From the NCBI GenBank assembly GCA_016748015.1, contig JAAOMT010000773.1, forward strand, positions 13,725-42,969: 29,245 nt of DNA, in the 5' to 3' direction. Under the pieces are notes generated by a model, which was not told where the DNA came from, did not search any database, and saw only the letters and a program-made list of their open reading frames with translations. Below, in pieces: positions 22,204 to 29,245 of this stretch. Made by a program: the position numbers and the translations under genes. The stretch is from Geosiphon pyriformis uo1. Its lineage: Eukaryota > Fungi > Glomeromycota. Numbering within the stretch: position 1 is the stretch's first letter; each line of letters opens with the position of its first letter.

Positions 22204-24222
22204 TTATGATTTTTTCTTATATATTAATATTTATGTTATTTGATATGTATCTAATTCTTATTTAAAAGTAAACTAATATGTTAATCTATGCTTTATTAAT
22301 ATCTTTTTAAATATCTTAACAGTCAAAATTCTAGTTTTTATTATTATTACATATATAATACTTGAACTAAATTTTTATCAAAACTATAAACAGATTTTAC
22401 TACTTTTGGTCTTAAAAATTTGCACATCAAAAAAATTTATTTTTAAAAAAACTTTGAAGTAATTAGCTCATTTGTTAATTTTGTAATTTTTATGTTATAA
22501 TATATCATATTTATTTATTTTTATTTATGATTTCTTTTTTATTCAACAAGTTTTTTGTTTTTGCTATTAAAATCTTTAAAATTTTTTTAAAAATATTAGA
22601 AAATTAAAATTCTTGAATCAAAAATTGTAACTAACTTTGATAAATATCTAAAAATACATTTCTAAAATATACAATAAAAGTCTTTTTTTTTATCCAATAG
22701 TTTATTTAAAATATAGAAAAACAATATACAAAACCAGCAACTTTATAAATTTTTAAAAAGTTTTTATTATTTATGAAAAAACTAAGTTTTTTAATTGTTA
22801 TAATTCTTTTTTTAGCTTTATAAATTACATTGTTTGATTAGCAATTTGTTTAACAAAATAGTTTGTTTTTTAATTATTATTAAAGTTTTTTAGTCAGTTT
22901 GGTTTATACAATAAATATTTGTTTTTTTTTGATTTAAATGATTGTATTAATGTTAATATTAATATATAATATAGTTTTGGCTGATTTAAGTGGCTGGTTA
23001 TATGTAGTAAATACATAAATTACATTTAGTTATAGATATTTAGTTTGTTTATGTATACTAAACAATAGTTAAATCATGTTTATTAATAAATTTTAAAAAA
23101 AATATATTTTATTTTATAAATAAAAATTTGTTTATTATTAATGTTATTTTTAATATGAAATTTTAAATTAAATCATGAAAACTTTCATAAAAGATAAAAG
23201 TTTTTTGATTATTTATTATTTATTTATATAATTTTATTAAAGACCATAACTATAAATTTTAATAAAAAACTTTCATATAATTTTTATTATAAAAAAAAAT
23301 ATTTACTTAAAATATAATATAATTATCAATTTTTTAAAATAATTGAATTATTTATAATCAAAATTGAACATTACAATAAATTTTTATTTTAAATATCTAA
23401 GTAAATAGTAGTTATATAATTATTACTATACAATATTACTTTTTTAGTGCAATTGACATTTTTTTTTCATATTTCAGAAATTAATATATAAAAATTATAT
23501 TGCTTCTATTCATAAAAAAAGAAAATTTCTTCTTTTAGAATGCAATATTATAATAAAATATAAAATTTATTGTTTTAATTAAAGATATTACAAATAACTT
23601 CCGAATTTTGAAAAAATAAAAACTCAAAATTTTGTTAGAATAGAACAAAAAGTATTCTAAGCTGCACTTATTTGAATATATAATTTATATTTCAAATCAA
23701 AAATAAGAAAAACGTTTTCCATTCCAAATAAATAAAATAAAAGCAAAATTTGGCATTTTAAATTATCAAAAATAATCTCCATTTAAAAAATAGTATTAAG
23801 ATGAAACTTATTTACTTGTCTTAAAGTAAAGTTATATTTTGATTGAAACTTTCTATTTTTTAAGATTTTTATATTGAATATTTATTAACTTTATTGTTTT
23901 ATTTCGATATTCAATAAAAAACTAAAATAAAAACTAAAATTTATAATCTTAATTAGCAAAAAAAGCAACTATGGATTTAAACATTATATTTTTAAGCTAT
24001 TCAGCTAAAAGTATTTTATGATTCTAGTTCAGAGATTGCTTTTTATTAAAATGACATTTAAGTTCTAAACTTTTTTTGATATTTAAATAATTTAAATTAT
24101 ATTCTTTAAACTTTATTGTAAAGTTTATAATAATAGGTTATAGAATATTCTAAAGGTGAAAATTAATAAGATTAATAGTAGAGTCTTCAGAATATACATA
24201 ATCAAATCAGATATAAGCAAAT

Positions 24223-25710
24223 TTATCTTTTTATAATTTGAAAAACTTTATACTTCTTGAAAAAAAAATTTGCCTATTCTTTTTCTGATCAAGGCATTAT
24301 AGCATATTCATAATCTGTTTTCTTTCAACAAAAGCACTCTGGACTATTTTTGAAATTTTCACTACATACACGAATATCCAAACTAAATTGGGCCCATTAT
24401 TTGACCCATCATAAGGTTCATACTTTTTAACAACTTACTAAGTTTATAATTTCTAGCTTTGTCATCTCCAAGAGAAAAAATAACACTCTCTTCTCCATTC
24501 ATATATTCATTTTGGGAATGCCAAGACTATTAATTATAGCCGCCAATTAGCTGACCAGTTTTTTTTACTCTTATTACACTTACTGTTGCTCTTTTATCAT
24601 CACATAATTGATGAAAATCAGCTGGTGTGAATCCGTCTTGACTGTCTCAAAGTAAAAATTGAAAATCATTTTCAAGTTGATTTTCAAAAGGAGTATTTTC
24701 ATTTTTGCTTTGAATCTAATGATCAAGCTGTTTTATATTATGCAATTGAAGAAGCTTTAAATCAACATTTGATCATAATAAATGAGCATCTACAAACTTT
24801 TAATGGCTACCTAGTACGAGATAATAATGTAAAAAATCTTCATATAAACTTCCAGATAAGATTTTCGCAAATGGTTTTACTTTGTGATAGAAGTCAACTG
24901 AAAATATTTTAAAGAACTGGATTAAAAATAAAAATCTTTCAATAGATTCTTTAAAGATGTTAAAGTTTTCATCTGTCCAGTAAAAAACGTTTTTTATCTG
25001 AATATTGTTATCCAATTTAGCAATTCTCCATTCCACAATCTTTTCTCATATTTCAGATTCTTCTATATTTAGATTATCTCAGGTTAAAATCGAGAAAAGT
25101 GCATTTTCATTAAGGGAGATAAAATCTTATGTGTTAAAGACTATTGCTGGATTGTTAGCAATTTTAATGCAGAAATTTTGTAACTTTTTGAAAAGATCAT
25201 ACATAAATAAAGTTTTTTGCAAAGTGGCGAAATTTTTTTTTAGCTCTTTTGTATAGTGTTCAATCAAATAGTCTTCAAGGGTTCAATAAAGTTTTTAGAA
25301 ATAAGCTTATCAGTAATAACAAGCAATTCTAAAATGATAGGTACTTTATGTTTATCAAGAGAAATTTTACTAATATAAATATATTTGTACAGAAAAATAA
25401 AACATATGAATTTATGTTGGCTAAAATACTTTTGAAGCAAACAATATCCTTATCTGAGAATTATCTCAAAAATATTAGGAGAAATATTAGGTTTAGCAAA
25501 AATATTATTATTATTTTCCCTTTAAATTCAATTACTAGAGAGTGCTACAGCAAAATAGAGTGATCTTGCTGCTAAAATTTGCAAAAAAGCTTGAAAAGTT
25601 CTAATATTGGGCACTTTGTCAACTATAATTTTACCATAAGAAAACTTCTGATTGTTAAACAGATTTCTGAAATCATTGGATAAAGTGTGAAAGTATTGTT
25701 GGGGTAATAT
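24223..25710 (-). pseudogene. BTB/POZ-BACK-TLDc pseudogene, copy 2 (uninterrupted, best preserved)
   Basis: PQQYFHTLSNDFRNLFNNQKFS..IIVDKVPNIRTFQA..QILAARS.., ISPNIFEIILR, intron donor mutated to ATAAGG. BACK segment EWRIAKLDNNIQ..WTDENFNIFKESIERFLFLIQFFKIFSVDFYHKVKPFAKIL. TLDc segment ..DGFTPADFHQLCDDKRATVSVI..QLIGGYN. Ends ..VFQIIKR* at 24223. Colinear with copy 1. Confidence 0.9.
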
Positions 25711-26269
25711 TGGTAAAATATATAAAAAGCTATGAAATATTAATATTTCAATATACAGTTTAAGAGACTTTTATACAATTATGTGATCAAGAGGTAATCT
25801 GTTATAAATCTTCAGAATCAATAAAATTTTAAGAGTAAAAGCAATTTTTAAATTTGCTATTACATATTCATAAATGATAAACATTACTAAAAAGAAATTA
25901 TATCCAAATTAAATTTTAGAAAAATAATTTAAACTGATTAATCGTTTAATATATATTTATGCTTTTAGCCCAAATTAATTAAAATCATATTTCATTCAGA
26001 TCTTTCATTGAGAAAATTATTACTTAAATCTCTAATTCAAAATTGTGGTTACAATTCTTGGAAAGATTCACACAATGAGTTGCAAATAGTACTATCCCTA
26101 AAAAAATATTAATTGCTGAAATGATTATTTATACAATAAATCTGCATGTGTAATTTCAAATGCAAATGTCTTTTCGATAATGAGTAAACCAGCAGCCAAC
26201 TTTTACTTATAAGCGCCATAAAATGATAAAATAATTTTTGTATTATTATCTTCTTTGTGTTAAATATAA

Positions 26270-27797
26270 ACTATGTCTTCAAAAATCCATTCAAGAAAAA
26301 AATATTAAACTTTTTAAATATGAGGACTTTCATAGTATTGAGAAAATTGGCAAGAGTGAATTTGGAAAAGTTTTTAGTGCCAAGTTAACAAGAAGTGATA
26401 TTAATTTGCACTTTGTATTGAAACAGTTAAAACAATTCATGAAAAATGATATATTTGAGTTTATAAAAGAAGTACAAATACACAATTATATTATCAATTT
26501 CAAAATATATTTGTCATTAAAGATAACTCTTAAAATAAACATTTATTTTATAAAGATGCAATTTTTAAGAAGTCTAAGCTATCATAAAAATATTATGGTG
26601 TTACAAAAATACCTTAAATCAAACTTTGCTGAAATAAATGGCACAATAAAATTGCAGTTTGCAAAAGAGCTAATCCAAGAATTGTCTGCCTTTTATAAAG
26701 AAAATTATTATTCATAGTGATTTAGTAAGTAAAAATATAGTTAAAAAGACATTATTATTTAAGTTAAAATTCACTTAATCTTTTAACTTTTTGATTTTTA
26801 AAATCCCTATAAAGAATTCTTTAAATGTTCTAATTCACGATAATTTTATAAAATTCTTGGATCTTGGACTTCCTAAAATTTGAAAGAACTTAATGCAAAA
26901 GTCTCAGTGATTTATGGACAATTAGCATATAATGAACCATAGTGTTTTTGGGATCTTGAATATATCCAAGATGAAAATTTGACATATATGTATTAGAAGT
27001 GCTTTTCTGGGAGCTATTAAATAGACATTCACCATTACTAAATATAATACAAAAAAATTACTTCAAAACACTCCTACTGGATGTTGTAAAATATTATCAC
27101 AAATTCACCCATATATAATTAAAATAATTAATCAACTTAACAAAATTAAATGACAATTTAACTCTCTTTTTCAAAGAAACATTAAATTTAAGGAAATGTC
27201 CAGTAATTTAAATTTCAATAATGAAAACCTTTTAGACTTCAGTAATAAATTATATAAATTTCTTGATAAAATTTGAGAAGTATTCATCATCATCAAAAAT
27301 ATTTGCTGCTTAATAATTATTCAAAAATTGTTGACATGATAAAAAAATATCTTAAACACAATAAAACACATCTAAAGAATTTATTGTATGCTTAAATAAC
27401 AATATTAAAAAAGTTTCATTTACTATATTTTACTTGTCTCTTTAAAACATGAAATTGAAACAAATATTGAATCAACAAAAGCATTCATAAAATTTCAGAA
27501 AGCAGCAAATATAGAAGATTTTTCTGGGCAATTTTTTCTGGGCCATTGTTACTTTGATGGAATTAGCACTTTTCAAGATAGAGTTAAAATATTTGAACTT
27601 TGGTCAAAAGCTGCAGAGGCTGATAATATAAATACACAAAAAAATCTTAGATCATGCTATCTAAAGAGAGAAAAGAAAATAAAGAATGAAAAAAAAACAT
27701 TTGAACTCTATTCAAAAACAGCAGAGGGAAAGATACATATGCACTATACAATCTTGGATGGTGTTATTAAAATAGAAAAGAAACGACAAAAAGGCAT
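26270..27797 (+). pseudogene. Decayed TKL-type kinase-Sel1 gene: kinase, linker, ~3 Sel1 units, 3'-truncated
   Basis: LQKSIQEKNIKLFKYEDFHSIEKIGKSEFGKVFSA, FVLKQL, intron after FIKE, IIHSDL|intron|NSLNVLIHDNFIKFLDLGL, VLFWEL. Then KAFIKFQKAANIEDFSGQFFLGHCYFDGIST..FELWSKAAEA.. Internal deletions, frameshifts and stops. Confidence 0.88.
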
Positions 27798-28732
27798 TTA
27801 GTTTAAATTACCAAGTATTTTTTTGATGATTTCATTATGCTGTTAATCTTTTATAAAATTGTAATGAGCGACAATAAATATCATTTTTAAATATAATTTC
27901 TATAATTGCAGTTTTTTTATTCTGATCGAAATGAAAATTCTTTCCAAATATACTTTGCTTCAGAATTAATTTTGTTTCATTATTTGATAGATAGAAATAT
28001 TATTATTGGGAATGAGATTATTTCTAAATAAGTAATTCTATTTTATGCTCTGATTAAAATTGCTTTTTTATAATAAGGGGATAAATAGTAGTAAAAAATA
28101 AATTTTTAGAGAATTAATTAAAGCTACAAATCTTCACCAAAACAGCCATTCTTTTATTCAATTCGACTTAATAAAAAATCTTGATAGAAAATATAATTTT
28201 GTTTTTTTTAATGTAGTAGCTAAAAAGTATTGGCCGGTAAAGTAGTAAAATCAGCATCTTAATATGCATTCTAATTTCAATTTCATTTCGGAATGTTTAA
28301 TTATCTATTTAGATTCCATTTTGATTATTTAAATTTACCACAAGTATATTTCTTTCTTCTATATAGAGTTCAGTAATGATCTACTATAAGGCACTATTAT
28401 ATACTGTATTATATTTAATTTAAAGTAATAATGTTTGAATCTGTTAATTTTTTTAATTTTAAATTTATTCTACAAGATACAACACACCAGAAAATTAATA
28501 ATTTTGTTTAATAAATCTATTTTTTAAATATTATAAAATGTTTAAATAGTAAAATGCCAAAAGATGGAAATTATTATCACATATTAAAAAACTTTTTTAT
28601 TGTAAATCTTATTATATTTGAAAACTTATAATATAAACTGAGAAAAATTAAATTTTGGCAGAAAATTTTTCCCAACAAAATTTGTAAATAGGATGTATAA
28701 GTATTAAAAATACATAACTAAATTAAACTATA

Positions 28733-29245
28733 TTATCTTTTAACAATTTGAAAAACTTTATACTCTTTGGCAAATAAATTAACCCATTAAAATTTTTCTA
28801 AACAATTGAATATGGCCATTTTCAAAAATAGATTCATAATTTAGCCCATTATAAAATCCAAATCTTTTAACAAATTTGTTAAATTTAGTATTTTTAATAT
28901 TATTATTTTTAAAAAAAAATTTTATTCTATTTATATGTTTTATTTAAAAATACCAAGATTGTGAATTATAATTATTAATTAGTTTTATTATATTAATTAT
29001 TGTTTTTTATTATTATATAATTAATAAAAATAGGCTAAAAAAATTTGTCTTAACTGTTTTGAAATAATAATTGAAAGTTATTTTTAAGTTAATCTTTAAA
29101 AAAAGTATTTTTATCTTTGTCTTAAATCTAATAGTTAATCTATTATATTATATATTTAACTAAAAACAACATAATAATTAAATATTTATATAAAGTTTTA
29201 AATAAAATTTTTACAAATAATTTTACTTTATAAAAAAAATTAATT
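28733..29245 (-). pseudogene. TLDc-end fragment of a third BTB-BACK-TLDc copy, most decayed, runs off the window
   Basis: Aligns by eye to 19402-19990 and 24223-24800 (gtcttaactgttttgaaataataattgaaag vs atcttaactgtcttgaagtaacaattggaaa; aaagtatttttatcttt vs aagagtatttttattttt). Ends KEYKVFQIVKR* at 28733. Confidence 0.8.

Noticed and set aside
22210-23400. Extremely AT-rich stretch as a possible centromeric or origin element
   Set aside because: No periodicity or motif visible; indistinguishable from terminally decayed sequence.
19579-25563. Plus-strand ORFs 19579-19791, 20187-20456, 25005-25256, 25348-25563
   Set aside because: Antisense shadows of the BTB-BACK-TLDc pseudogenes; their mutual similarity reflects the duplication.

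Overview
Very AT-rich (roughly 20% GC by eye), intron-containing eukaryotic DNA. The gene families present (TKL kinase-Sel1, BTB-BACK-TLDc, membrane Kelch) suggest an arbuscular mycorrhizal fungus (Glomeromycotina); this is inferred from family content only. I can reconstruct one apparently intact gene: a 7-exon type-I membrane Kelch-repeat protein on the minus strand (2360->446) with an 8-nt microexon. Its annotated C-terminal tail is the antisense strand of a truncated, intron-retaining Prp4 (U4/U6 snRNP) pseudogene at 3-540. The rest of the window is heavily C->T/G->A-decayed sequence: two kinase-Sel1 pseudogenes (one with about 15 Sel1 units and probably a kinase on each side), three BTB-BACK-TLDc pseudogene copies (one split by a full-length DD35E Tc1-like element whose empty site is preserved in the next paralog), a pogo/Tigger-like transposon, a Tc1 3' fragment and a probable rve-integrase relic. 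No rRNA, tRNA or CRISPR array found. All homology calls come from manual translation and motif recognition, not database searches.
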